Positions 20,345 through 29,649 are shown, counted from the stretch's first letter. The stretch: 64,000 nucleotides of DNA from Citreimonas sp. (GCF_042096055.1 NZ_JBELMH010000009.1:1139-65138); one strand, 5' to 3'. Notes: generated by a model not told the origin, from the sequence alone. Program-made: numbers and translations.

Positions 20345-21226
20345 ATGCCCGATCCCACGCCCCCCATTCCCGGCGCCGAGATGAACGCGATGCTGCTGCT
20401 CGGCCTGCCCGATCGACCGCTGGACGCCGAGGGGTATTTCACGCTTCTGGGCAAGCAGGCGGTCACCTTCACCGGCGCCAAGCCCGTCACGCTCGAACCG
20501 GGGGACAAGCTCTACCGCGTCTTCGGCGGCAAGGCAGCCGCGAAGGGCGGCTTCTGGGCGCCCGAGGCCCCGGCCCCCGGCACGACCGAGGGCGCATGGC
20601 GCGCCTCGAACGCCGTGGTGCCCGCCTGGAACGACGGGACCGAGGTCGAGGCCCTGACCGTCAAGGAGGATGCCGCGCTGCAATGCTGGACCGGGACCAT
20701 CGAGTCCCAGCCGGCGATGGACAAGCAGGGCGTCGTGCTGCCCGACTGGTGGCTGGTGGGCGGCGGCACGCAATTCTTCGTCCAGTTCTGGACCCCCGCC
20801 TTTACCGAGGCCGTCACGCTCGACACGGTCGGGCCGACGCCGTGGGATGCCCCGCCCGCCCCGTCCGCGCAGGCCTACGTCGCGCCGGTCGCGACGGCTG
20901 CCGACCTGGACCCGGGCGACCCCGTGCAGGCCCACGTGGTCGAGGTGCTGGCCCTGGCCGAGGCGCTGCGCGCGATGGCCGCGGCGCTGCCCGATGCCGA
21001 GGGCGCGCGGATGGCCGCCGCGGCGGACACGGTCCTGACCACGGCCAACACGATCCTCGAAAACCAGGGGCGGGACGATGCGATGGTGGCCGTCGCGGTG
21101 CGGTCGCATCTCGACCTCGGCCGGCATATCGAGCCCGACCCCGCCTGGCCGGCCTCCGGCGCCGTCGATCGCGCGGTGACCCGGGTCGTCGGCAGCGCGG
21201 CGGCCCTGTCGAACCGCGCCGGCTGA
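20345..21226 (+). CDS. hypothetical protein with a possible TNT/DUF4237-like N-terminal domain and an Ala-rich helical C-terminal domain
   Basis: 293-aa ORF behind an A+T-rich promoter region. See the findings for the motif spacing (LYRVFGG..GGFW..WR..TVKED..GGGTQFF). The assignment is from memory and unverified. Confidence 0.6.
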   Translation: MPDPTPPIPGAEMNAMLLLGLPDRPLDAEGYFTLLGKQAVTFTGAKPVTLEPGDKLYRVFGGKAAAKGGFWAPEAPAPGTTEGAWRASNAVVPAWNDGTEVEALTVKEDAALQCWTGTIESQPAMDKQGVVLPDWWLVGGGTQFFVQFWTPAFTEAVTLDTVGPTPWDAPPAPSAQAYVAPVATAADLDPGDPVQAHVVEVLALAEALRAMAAALPDAEGARMAAAADTVLTTANTILENQGRDDAMVAVAVRSHLDLGRHIEPDPAWPASGAVDRAVTRVVGSAAALSNRAG

Positions 21227-21339
21227 GCGAGGGGGGCGATCTGGGGTGTCCCACGAAGGGACATTTGTGCGCGCAAGGAAAATCAATGGCTTGCAGAGAC
21301 GGATTCAGACTTCGTTAGGATCTCGGCCCTCGCGGGGAC

Positions 21340-21379
21340 TCGACTCATGGCGCTGCGGCACCTAGAATAGGTCGTGAAC
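21340..21379 (+). promoter_or_regulatory. SOS-type promoter: -35-like TCGACT, 17 nt, -10-like TAGAAT, overlapped by the LexA-like repeat GAAT-N7-GAAC (21365-21379)
   Basis: Read directly from the sequence. There is one mismatch to the alphaproteobacterial GAAC-N7-GAAC box. It lies 17 nt upstream of the imuB ATG. Confidence 0.45.
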
Positions 21380-21395
21380 AAACGCTGCCGCCGCC

Positions 21396-23054
21396 ATGCC
21401 CCACCGCCGAATCCTCTCGCTCTGGTTTCCCCGCCTCGGCGCCGAACGGGCGATCCGGACCGAACCGTTTCTGGCCGACCGCCCGCTTGCCATCGTCGAG
21501 CAGGACGGCCCGTCGCAGGTCCTCTCCTCGCTCTCGCTGGCGGCCTCGGGCGCGGGCCTGCACCGGGGCCAGCCCCTGCGCGACGCCACCGCCATGTGCG
21601 CCGACCTGGTCACCCGCCCCCGCGACAGCCGGGCCGAGCGGGCCTTTCTCGACGCGCTGCACCGCTGGGCGGGCAAGTTCTCGCCCTGGGTGTCGGCCGA
21701 GCGGCCCGAGGCGCTGGTGGTGGACCTCACGGGCTGTGCGCACCTCTTCGGCGGCGAAAGCGCGCTTGCCGAACAGGTGGCGCAGGATTGCGCCGACCTG
21801 GGCCTGACCGTGCGGCTGGGCCTGGCCGACACGCTGGGCGCGGCCTGGGCCCTGGCCCGCTACGCCGGCGCCGCCCCGGGCGCGCACCGCACCGGCGACG
21901 CGATCGAGCAGGAGGCCCGCGCCACCCGCGCCCGCGCCGGCAAGCGACGACACTGGGAACGCGGCGGCGCGGCCCCCCCGGTCGTGGCGGCCTCGGCCGC
22001 GCAGGGCCGGATCGCGCCGCCGGGGCAAAGCTGGCAGGCCCTGTCGCCGCTGCCGGTGGCCGCCCTTCGGCTCGAGCCCGACACGCAGGCGCAGCTGGCG
22101 CGGCTGGGGCTGCGCCGCGTGGGCGACCTGCTGGGCCAGCCGCGCGCCGGGCTGGCACGCCGCTTCGGGCGTGGCCTCGTCGACCGGCTCGACCAGGCGA
22201 CCGGCGCCGCGCCCGAGCCGATCTCGCCCGCCGCCGCACCGCACCGCTTCGCCGTGCGCCTGTCTTTCCCAGACCCGATCGGGCTGCGCGACGACGTCGA
22301 GGCCGCGCTCGACCGGCTGCTGGAGCATCTCTGCGGCCGCCTGCGCCGGCGGGCCGTCGGCGCGCGTGTCCTGCGGCTCGAGGCATGGCGCTGCGACGGC
22401 ACGATGACCGACCGCGGCGTGACCGCGGCGGTGGCCAGCTTCGACGCCGCGCGCCTCAAGCCGCTGCTGGCGATGAAGCTCGACGACCTCGACGCCGGGC
22501 AGGGCATCGACATGCTGCGGCTCGAGGCGCAGCGGACCGAGCCGATCCACGACCGCACCCCCGCCGGCCATGCCGAGGCCGCCAGTCGCGCCACCGCCCG
22601 CACCGGGCAATCCGTCGCGTTCGAGGACCTGATCGGGCGACTGGGGGCCCGGCTGGGGATGGAGGCGATCACCCGCCGGCACCCGGGCCAGAGCCACCTT
22701 CCCGAGAAGGAGGCGCTGACCCTGGCCGCCGCGTGGTCCGAGCCCTGCGGCGCCTGGCCCGCCCCCGCGGTGCCGCGGCCGCTGACGCTGTGGCCGCTGC
22801 CCGAACCGGTGCAGGCCCCCGACCACCCCGACCCGCCGGCTACGTTCCGCTGGCGCGGGCGCGACTGGGTCGTCGAGGGCGCCACCGGCCCCGAGCGCAT
22901 CGCGCCCGAATGGTGGCTGGACGACCCGGCCTGGCGGTCGGGCGCGCGGGATTACTGGCGGTTCGAGACCGACCGCGGCGAGAGGCTGTGGCTGTTCTAC
23001 GCGCACGGCGCGACCCTGTCGCCGGGATGGTTCTGCCACGGCGCCTTTGCCTGA
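21396..23054 (+). CDS. imuB: ImuB, Y-family-polymerase-like subunit of the SOS mutagenesis cassette
   Basis: MPHRRILSLWFPRLGAERA..., DLTGCAHLFGGESAL, GLADTLGAAWALARYA, and C-terminal ERIAPEWW...YWRFETDRGERLWLF. Confidence 0.88.
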   Translation: MPHRRILSLWFPRLGAERAIRTEPFLADRPLAIVEQDGPSQVLSSLSLAASGAGLHRGQPLRDATAMCADLVTRPRDSRAERAFLDALHRWAGKFSPWVSAERPEALVVDLTGCAHLFGGESALAEQVAQDCADLGLTVRLGLADTLGAAWALARYAGAAPGAHRTGDAIEQEARATRARAGKRRHWERGGAAPPVVAASAAQGRIAPPGQSWQALSPLPVAALRLEPDTQAQLARLGLRRVGDLLGQPRAGLARRFGRGLVDRLDQATGAAPEPISPAAAPHRFAVRLSFPDPIGLRDDVEAALDRLLEHLCGRLRRRAVGARVLRLEAWRCDGTMTDRGVTAAVASFDAARLKPLLAMKLDDLDAGQGIDMLRLEAQRTEPIHDRTPAGHAEAASRATARTGQSVAFEDLIGRLGARLGMEAITRRHPGQSHLPEKEALTLAAAWSEPCGAWPAPAVPRPLTLWPLPEPVQAPDHPDPPATFRWRGRDWVVEGATGPERIAPEWWLDDPAWRSGARDYWRFETDRGERLWLFYAHGATLSPGWFCHGAFA

Positions 23055-23223
23055 GCGCGCACACGGCAAGCGCGCGCAACCCGCCGATGTCGCGTCGATA
23101 CTGCACGAACAAGCCCACGCCTGCCCGGCTCTTCCCTCGGGTCAGCCCAGACCGGCCGGGTCACCCGACGCAATCAACCCCCTCCCCTCGGCGATAACCG
23201 GCGAAATCGTTGATTGCGCGAAC

Positions 23224-23258
23224 GAAAAAGGGGCACGGACCGATCGGTCCATGCCCCT
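23224..23258 (-). terminator. rho-independent terminator of rplT
   Basis: On the minus strand, GGGGCATGGACCGATCGGTCCGTGCCCC followed by TTTTTCG. Confidence 0.8.
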
Positions 23259-23284
23259 TCGAATTGCAGAGTCAGGCCGGGCGG

Positions 23285-23650
23285 TCAGGCCGCCAGCGCG
23301 CCCTTCGCCTGGTCGACGATCGCGTTGAACGCGTCGGGCTCGTGCACGGCGAGGTCGGCCAGCACCTTGCGGTCCACTTCAATCCCGGCCAGCGACAGGC
23401 CGTTGATGAAGCGCGAATAGGTCAGGCTTTCGTCATGCGCGCGCACGGCGGCGTTGATACGCTGGATCCACAGGGCGCGGAAATTGCGCTTGCGGTTCTT
23501 GCGGTCGCGCGTGGCGTACTGGTTGGCCTTGTCGACGGCTTGGGCCGCGACCCGGAAGGTGTTCTTGCGACGGCCGTAATAGCCTTTCGCCGCCTTGATG
23601 ACCTTCTTGTGCCGTGCGTGGGTGACGGTTCCGCCTTTGGTTCGGGACAT
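23285..23650 (-). CDS. rplT: 50S ribosomal protein L20
   Basis: [30 protein letters not shown]... Confidence 0.97.
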   Translation of the reverse strand: MSRTKGGTVTHARHKKVIKAAKGYYGRRKNTFRVAAQAVDKANQYATRDRKNRKRNFRALWIQRINAAVRAHDESLTYSRFINGLSLAGIEVDRKVLADLAVHEPDAFNAIVDQAKGALAA

Positions 23651-23665
23651 CTGTTATCCTCCTTC

Positions 23666-23866
23666 TCAGCGGTCGTAGGGCATGAAGCCCTTGATGATCT
23701 TGGCGTCGGGTTCGCTGAGCACAGTGCTCCCGCGGGCGTCGCGAATGAATTTCTTGGTGCGCTTGATCATGCCGTGGCGCTTGCCCGCCTGGCCGGCGAT
23801 GACCTTGCCGGTCGCGCTCACCTTGAAGCGCTTCTTGGCGCTCGACTTGGTCTTCATCTTGGGCAT
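23666..23866 (-). CDS. rpmI: 50S ribosomal protein L35
   Basis: [22 protein letters not shown]..., AAGGAGA Shine-Dalgarno. The track ORF is extended at its N-terminus. Confidence 0.95.
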   Translation of the reverse strand: MPKMKTKSSAKKRFKVSATGKVIAGQAGKRHGMIKRTKKFIRDARGSTVLSEPDAKIIKGFMPYDR

Positions 23867-24004
23867 TTCGGTCTCCTTCTTCTCGACCCACTCGCGCGAC
23901 TCGGCATGCCACTTCGGCCGGCCGCGCGGATCAGAGGCGCCGTATAGGGGCATGCGGCGCGCTTGGCAAGCGGGGCGGGCGGTGTGCACCGCCCCTTTTT
24001 CCGG

Positions 24005-25450
24005 TCAACCCGGATCGGTGCGATAGATCAGCCGCTCGTCGCAGGGCGCGACGCGCAGGATGTTCGTGGTGCCCGCGGTGTTGAACGGCACGCCGGCAGT
24101 GACGACGATCTGGTCGTGTTCCTCGGCATAGCCCAGGGCGCGCGCCGCCCGCGCGGCATTGACCACCGCCTGCTTGAAGCGCTCGAGCTCGCCGGTCATG
24201 ACGCATTGCGTGCCCCAAGTCAGCGACAGCCGCCGTGCGGTGCCGCGCAGGCTGGTCATCGCAATGATCGGCACCCAGGGACGCTCGCGCGCGACCAGCG
24301 ACGCGGTGACCCCCGACGAGGTGAAACAGCAGATTGCCTTGATGTCCGTCGCCTCGGCGATCTGGCGCGCGGCGGCGACGATGCCGTCGGCCACCGATTC
24401 CCGCTTGGCCATGCGGCTGGCCTCGATCACCTCGATGTAGGTCTGGTCGCTTTCGACCTCTCGCGCGACGTTGTCCATCGTCGCCACGGCCTCGATCGGG
24501 TACTTGCCGGCCGCGGATTCCGCCGACAGCATGATCGCGTCGGTGCCCTCGTAGATCGCGGTGGCGACGTCACTGACCTCGGCCCGGGTGGGCATCGGGC
24601 TTTCGATCATCGATTCCAGCATCTGCGTCGCCACGATCACAGGCTTGGCCGCGGCGCGGCACTTGCGCACCAGGCGCTTCTGGATCGGCGGCACGTTCTG
24701 CACCGGCAGCTCGACGCCCAGGTCGCCGCGCGCCACCATGATCCCGTCGGACACGGCCAGGATCTCGTCGAAGGCCTTGACCGCGGCGGGCTTCTCGATC
24801 TTCGACAGGATCGCCGCGCGGCCGCCGCAGAGCTTGCGCGCCTCCTCGACGTCGGCGGCGCGCTGCACGAAGGACAGCGCCAGCCAGTCGACGCCCAGTT
24901 CGGCGACAAATTCCAGGTCCTTGCGGTCCTTCTCGGACAGGGCCGCCAGCGGCAGCACCACGTCGGGCACGTTCACGCCCTTGCGGTTCGAGATCGTGCC
25001 GCCCGCCACCACGGTGCAGTTGGCGTGATCCTCGGCGCATTCCTCGACCCGCAGGCGCAGCTTGCCGTCGTTGATCAGCAGCGTGGCGCCGGGTTCGAGC
25101 GCGGCGAAGATCTCGGGGTGCGGCAGGCAGACGCGGTCCTGCGTGCCGGGCGTGGTGTCGAGATCCAGCCGGAAGGACGCGCCCCATTCCAGCTCTTCCG
25201 AGCCGTTGGCGAACTCGCCAACCCGCAGCTTCGGCCCCTGCAGGTCGGCGAGGATCGCGATCGGACTGTCCAGGTCCTTCTCGACCTGCCGGATGATCGC
25301 GTGGCGTTCGGCGATGTCCGCGTGCGAGCCGTGGCTCATGTTGAGGCGGAAGACGTCGGCGCCGGTCTCGTGCAACTGGCGGATCATCTCGTAAGTCGAC
25401 GACGCCGGCCCCAGCGTGGCGACGATCTTCACTCTTCGGCTGCGTTTCAT
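24005..25450 (-). CDS. pyk: pyruvate kinase
   Basis: MKRSRRVKIVATLGPAS...FRLNMSHG...GPKLRVG. Confidence 0.95.
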   Translation of the reverse strand: MKRSRRVKIVATLGPASSTYEMIRQLHETGADVFRLNMSHGSHADIAERHAIIRQVEKDLDSPIAILADLQGPKLRVGEFANGSEELEWGASFRLDLDTTPGTQDRVCLPHPEIFAALEPGATLLINDGKLRLRVEECAEDHANCTVVAGGTISNRKGVNVPDVVLPLAALSEKDRKDLEFVAELGVDWLALSFVQRAADVEEARKLCGGRAAILSKIEKPAAVKAFDEILAVSDGIMVARGDLGVELPVQNVPPIQKRLVRKCRAAAKPVIVATQMLESMIESPMPTRAEVSDVATAIYEGTDAIMLSAESAAGKYPIEAVATMDNVAREVESDQTYIEVIEASRMAKRESVADGIVAAARQIAEATDIKAICCFTSSGVTASLVARERPWVPIIAMTSLRGTARRLSLTWGTQCVMTGELERFKQAVVNAARAARALGYAEEHDQIVVTAGVPFNTAGTTNILRVAPCDERLIYRTDPG

Positions 25451-25829
25451 GTCGCTGTCTCCTTGCCCGGCACCCCGAACGATCCTGTTGCCCCACGCCG
25501 CGGCGCATCGTCCCGGCGCGGCGGTTGCGCGACGCCACCGGTCGCCCGGGATGTTCGCTTCGCCGCCATTTTCATTCGTTTCGCCCCGGTTTCAATCGCC
25601 CAGGGCGCTCAATCTTTCAGCGTTATCGCTAACGCGCGTCGCGCCTCCGGTAGCACGCTAGCGGGGCGGGCCGCAATTCCCTTTGCCGGCGCGGCCACCC
25701 GGGACGCCTTGGCACGGCTGGCGACGCCGTGACATAACCCCCATATCACACAGGAAGCGACGCGCGACAGGGTTCCGGGCCCGACGACCTTGCCGCTCGC
25801 ATACCCATCGACATCCGAAGGAGAGACAA

Positions 25830-26144
25830 ATGGACGACGCCACCCGCACCGAACTCGAGGCCGCCGCCTTCCGCCGCCTGCGCCAGCACCTGATGCAGGA
25901 CCGGCCGGACGTGCAGAACATCGACCTGATGAACATGGCCGGCTTCTGCCGCAACTGCCTGTCGCGCTGGTACCAGGAGGCCGCGGCCGAACGCGGCATC
26001 GAGATGGGCAAGGAAGATGCGCGCGAGATCTTCTACGGCATGCCCTACGACCAGTGGAAGGCGCAAAGCCAGACCGACGCGTCCCCGGACCAGCAGGCCG
26101 CGTTCGAGAAATCCTTCAAGGAAAACGTGACCGACAAGGGCTGA
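25830..26144 (+). CDS. DUF1244 domain protein
   Basis: MDDATRTELEAAAFRRLRQHL...VQNIDLMNMAGFCRNCLSRWYQEAA, with an AAGGAGAG Shine-Dalgarno. Confidence 0.85.
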   Translation: MDDATRTELEAAAFRRLRQHLMQDRPDVQNIDLMNMAGFCRNCLSRWYQEAAAERGIEMGKEDAREIFYGMPYDQWKAQSQTDASPDQQAAFEKSFKENVTDKG

Positions 26145-26146
26145 AC

Positions 26147-26235
26147 GCACGCGGCGACCGACCCGCCGCGTCTTCTTCTCTCTGGAAATATCCCGGGGGT
26201 GAATTGGCCGCAGGCCAAGAGGGGGCAGCGCCCCC
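26147..26235 (+). repeat. REP-like intergenic element, copy A
   Basis: GCACGCGG...GCGTCTTCTTCTCTCTGGAAATATCCCGGGGG...GGCCGCAGGCC...GGGGGCAGCGCCCCC. It aligns with the reverse complement of 61080-61165 and contains two hairpins. Confidence 0.7.
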
Positions 26236-26256
26236 TCCTTCTTTCCCGGACCGGCC

Positions 26257-26745
26257 TCAGAGCTCGGCCAGCAGCGCCTCTCCGGCGGTCGCCTCGCAGG
26301 TGCCGGGGCTGTCCTCGACGTGCAGCACCTTGACCACGTTGTCCTCGACCAGCATCGCGTAGCGCTTGGACCGCGCGATCAGGCCGGCCGGCGGGGCGGT
26401 GAAATCCATGCCGATCGCCGTGGTGAAGGCCGATTCCGCGTCGCCCAGGATCGTGATGCCGGCATCATGCGCGCCCGTCTCCTCGCCCCAGGCGTTCAGC
26501 ACGAAGGGGTCGTTGACCGAGATGCACACGATCTCGTCCACGCCCTTCTCGTCGAACTGCGCCTTGGTTCGGATGAAGCTGGGCAGGTGCGCCATGGTGC
26601 AGGTGGGCGTGTAGGCGCCCGGCACGGCGAAGATTGCCACCTTGCGGCCCTTGGTGATCTTGGCCAGATCGACCTGTTCGGGGCCGTCGGGTCCCATTTT
26701 CGTCAGCGTCGCGCCGGGAAGGGCGTCACCCGCGGAAATGCTCAT
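26257..26745 (-). CDS. peroxiredoxin (Prx5/PrxD-like)
   Basis: FAVPGAYTPTC active-site motif; 162 aa. Confidence 0.92.
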   Translation of the reverse strand: MSISAGDALPGATLTKMGPDGPEQVDLAKITKGRKVAIFAVPGAYTPTCTMAHLPSFIRTKAQFDEKGVDEIVCISVNDPFVLNAWGEETGAHDAGITILGDAESAFTTAIGMDFTAPPAGLIARSKRYAMLVEDNVVKVLHVEDSPGTCEATAGEALLAEL

Positions 26746-26823
26746 GTCCTGTCTCTCTCGTTTGCACTTGTTGTGCGGCGAATTATAGGGTGCGGCGACA
26801 AAAGGAAAACCGGAAGGCGGACG

Positions 26824-28026
26824 ATGGCGGACGTGGTGATCGTTGGGGGCGGACAGGCGGCGGCATCGGCGGTGGCGCGGCTGCGCGCCAAGGGCTTCGA
26901 CGGCTCAATCACCCTGATCGGGGACGAGCCGGTGCCCCCCTACCAGCGCCCGCCCCTGTCCAAGGCCTACCTGCTGGGCGACATGGCGCTGGACCGCCTG
27001 TTCCTGCGCCCCGAGGCCTTCTACCGCGACAACGCCGTGCACCTGATGCTGGGCGAGCCCGTCACAGCGATCGACACCGACGCCCGCACCGTGAGCGTCG
27101 GCGACGAGGCCATCCCCTACGGCGACCTGATCCTGTGCACCGGCTCGGCGCCCCGCCGGCTTCCGGCACGGATCGGCGGCGAGCTGGACGGCGTGCACGT
27201 GGTGCGCACGCTGGCCGACGTGGATGCCATGGCGCCGCGCTTCGCGGAAGGTGCGCGGGTGCTGATCGTCGGCGGCGGCTATATCGGGCTCGAGGCGGCG
27301 GCGGTCGCCGCGACGCTTGGCCTCGACGTGACGCTGGTCGAGGCGGCCGATCGCATCCTGTCCCGCGTCGCGGCCCCCGAGACCGCCGACTGGTTCCGCG
27401 CGCTGCACGAGACCCACGGCGTTACGATCCTCGAAGGCACCGGGCTGGACCGCCTGACCGGCGACGGCCACGTCTCGGGCGCGGTCTTGTCGGACGGGCG
27501 CGAGATCGCGGTCGACTTCGTGGTGGTCGGCGTCGGCATCGCGCCCTGTACCACACTCGCCGAGGCCGCCGGCCTGCGGATCGACAACGGCATCGCGGTC
27601 GACGCGCACGGCCGCACGTCCGACCCGCATGTCTGGGCGGCCGGCGATTGCGCATCCTTCCCCGGCGCGGGCGGCGCGATGCGTCTGGAATCGGTCGGCA
27701 ACGCCATCGACATGGGCGAACTGGTGGCCGACAACCTCATGGGGGCCGAGCGGGACTACGCCGCGGCACCGTGGTTCTGGTCGGACCAGTACGACGTCAA
27801 GCTGCAGATCGCCGGCCTCAGCGCCGGCTACGACCGGGTGGTGGTGCGCGACGGCGCGGGCCGGTCGCACTGGTACTACGCCGGTGACAGCCTGCTTGCG
27901 ATCGACGCGATGAACGACAGCCGCGCCTACATGGTCGGCAAGCGTCTGATCGAGGCCGGCAAGGCGCCCGACCCCGCCGCGATTGCCGATCCGGAAACCG
28001 ACCTCAAGGCCCTGCTGAAGGCATGA
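26824..28026 (+). CDS. FAD-dependent pyridine nucleotide-disulfide oxidoreductase (ferredoxin/rubredoxin reductase-like)
   Basis: MADVVIVGGGQAAA..., second Rossmann motif VGGGYIGLE, and GDCA. Confidence 0.88.
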   Translation: MADVVIVGGGQAAASAVARLRAKGFDGSITLIGDEPVPPYQRPPLSKAYLLGDMALDRLFLRPEAFYRDNAVHLMLGEPVTAIDTDARTVSVGDEAIPYGDLILCTGSAPRRLPARIGGELDGVHVVRTLADVDAMAPRFAEGARVLIVGGGYIGLEAAAVAATLGLDVTLVEAADRILSRVAAPETADWFRALHETHGVTILEGTGLDRLTGDGHVSGAVLSDGREIAVDFVVVGVGIAPCTTLAEAAGLRIDNGIAVDAHGRTSDPHVWAAGDCASFPGAGGAMRLESVGNAIDMGELVADNLMGAERDYAAAPWFWSDQYDVKLQIAGLSAGYDRVVVRDGAGRSHWYYAGDSLLAIDAMNDSRAYMVGKRLIEAGKAPDPAAIADPETDLKALLKA

Positions 28027-28580
28027 GGATCGTCGGCGGCACGCACCGGGGCCGCAAGCTCGCCGCGCTTGGCAAGGGCGACGCCGGCGCGCACCTGCGC
28101 CCCACCACCGACCGCGTGCGCGAGGCGCTTTTCAACGTCCTGCAGGGCGGCCGCTTCGGCGAGCCGATCACCGGCGCGCGCGTGCTTGACCTGTTCGCGG
28201 GCACCGGCGCGCTGGGGCTGGAAGCACTGTCGCGGGGTGCCGCACATGTCACCTTCGTCGACGACGGACGCGTGGCGGGGCGCCTGCTGCGCGAGAACAT
28301 CGCCGCCCTGGACGCCGCCGCCCAGACCCGGCTGATCGCGCACGATGCCGCGCGCCTGCCCGCGGCGGATGCCCCGTGCGACCTGATCTTTCTCGACCCG
28401 CCCTACGGCAAGGCCTTGGGCGCGGCCGCGCTGACCGCCGCGCGCGCGGGCGGCTGGATCGCGCAAGGGGCGCTCGTCGTGTGGGAGGAAGCGGCGGCGC
28501 AGGTCGCGCCCGAGGGGTTCGGGACGCTCGAATCCCGCCGCTACGGCGACACGACCGTCACGCTGTTGCGCGCGGACTGA
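28023..28580 (+). CDS. rsmD: 16S rRNA (guanine966-N2)-methyltransferase
   Basis: MRIVGGTHRGRKL...LDLFAGTGALGLEALSRGA...FLDPPY. ATGA overlap with the upstream stop. Confidence 0.9.
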   Translation: MRIVGGTHRGRKLAALGKGDAGAHLRPTTDRVREALFNVLQGGRFGEPITGARVLDLFAGTGALGLEALSRGAAHVTFVDDGRVAGRLLRENIAALDAAAQTRLIAHDAARLPAADAPCDLIFLDPPYGKALGAAALTAARAGGWIAQGALVVWEEAAAQVAPEGFGTLESRRYGDTTVTLLRAD

Positions 28581-28683
28581 TCCGTCGCCCGCGCCAGGAT
28601 GCGCGCGCCCGAAGATTCCGCGTGGCGCTTGGCGTCCCGGCTGGTACGATCCTATGCGAATACGTGAATTCAGGGAGGATGCC

Positions 28684-29649
28684 GTGATTTACCGACCGAC
28701 CCGCCGCGACCTGCTGTCGATGGCCGCCGCCATGCCCGCGCTGACCCTGCCCGTGGCCGGGCGCGCGCAACTGCTGGGCGCGCCGCCCGCCGGCAACCCC
28801 GCGCATTTCAGCTTCAGCCTGGGCGACGCCACACTGACCGTGATCTCGGACGGACACCTGGAACTGGCCGCCTCGGGGCTGGGCGTCAACGCCGACCCCG
28901 AAACGGTCGAGGCCTTCCTGCGCGACTACGCCCTGTCGACCGAGCAGAACTACTCGCACACCAACCACCTGCTGATCGAACGCGGCGACGCGAAGGTGCT
29001 GATCGACGTCGGGTCGGGCGACCGCTTCCTGCCGACGGCGGGCCGGCTGTGGGACAACATGGACGCTGCGGGCATCGACCGCGACAGCATCACGCACGTG
29101 GTCATCACCCACGCGCATCCCGACCACATCTGGGGCGTGCGTGACGGCTTCGACGAGGCGATCGTGCCCGGCGCTCGGTACTTCATCGGCCGGGACGAGC
29201 ACGATTTCTGGATGCAGGACGGGCTGGTCGACCAGGTGCCGGCCGAGATGCAGCAATTCGTCCTCGGGGCGCAGAATTCGATCGAGGTGGACGGCGCCGA
29301 CTGGACGCTGCTCGAGGACGACCAGGAGATAGCACCAGGCGTCCGCGTCATCAGCACCCCGGGCCACACGCCGGGGCACATGTCGGTGCTGATCGACACC
29401 GGCGACCGCCCGCTGCTGGCGCTCGGCGACGCAATGAGCCACGTCTGGACCAACTTCGTGCACCCCGAGTGGTACAACGAGTTCGACATGGACGGCGAGC
29501 AGACGGTCGCCACGCGCCGCCGGCTGCTGGACATGGCCGCGACCGAGGAGATGGCCGTGCTGGGCTACCACTTCCCCTTCCCCGGCGTGGGCCACGTCAA
29601 GCCCGAGGGCGACGCCTACCGCTTCATCCCTGCGCTCTGGCGCTGGTAG
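28684..29649 (+). CDS. MBL-fold metallo-hydrolase with a Tat-type signal
   Basis: Start taken at GTG 28684, after a GGGAGGA Shine-Dalgarno. Twin-arginine motif RRDLLSMAAA and ITHAHPDH. The track start at ATG 28654 is also possible. Confidence 0.85.
   Translation: MIYRPTRRDLLSMAAAMPALTLPVAGRAQLLGAPPAGNPAHFSFSLGDATLTVISDGHLELAASGLGVNADPETVEAFLRDYALSTEQNYSHTNHLLIERGDAKVLIDVGSGDRFLPTAGRLWDNMDAAGIDRDSITHVVITHAHPDHIWGVRDGFDEAIVPGARYFIGRDEHDFWMQDGLVDQVPAEMQQFVLGAQNSIEVDGADWTLLEDDQEIAPGVRVISTPGHTPGHMSVLIDTGDRPLLALGDAMSHVWTNFVHPEWYNEFDMDGEQTVATRRRLLDMAATEEMAVLGYHFPFPGVGHVKPEGDAYRFIPALWRW

Noticed and set aside
25451-25829. 379-nt spacer between the divergent pyk and DUF1244 genes as a riboswitch or sRNA locus (contains GCGTTA-TCGC-TAACGC at ~25622-25637)
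   Set aside because: It has only a weak 6-bp inverted repeat, no terminator and no recognisable riboswitch core. It is probably two divergent promoters.
29616-29649. 34-nt overlap of the convergent 3' ends of the MBL hydrolase and MFS transporter genes, and smaller overlaps at 16080-16096 and 53333-53336
   Set aside because: Short convergent overlaps are common in compact G+C-rich genomes. There is no additional signal suggesting antisense regulation.
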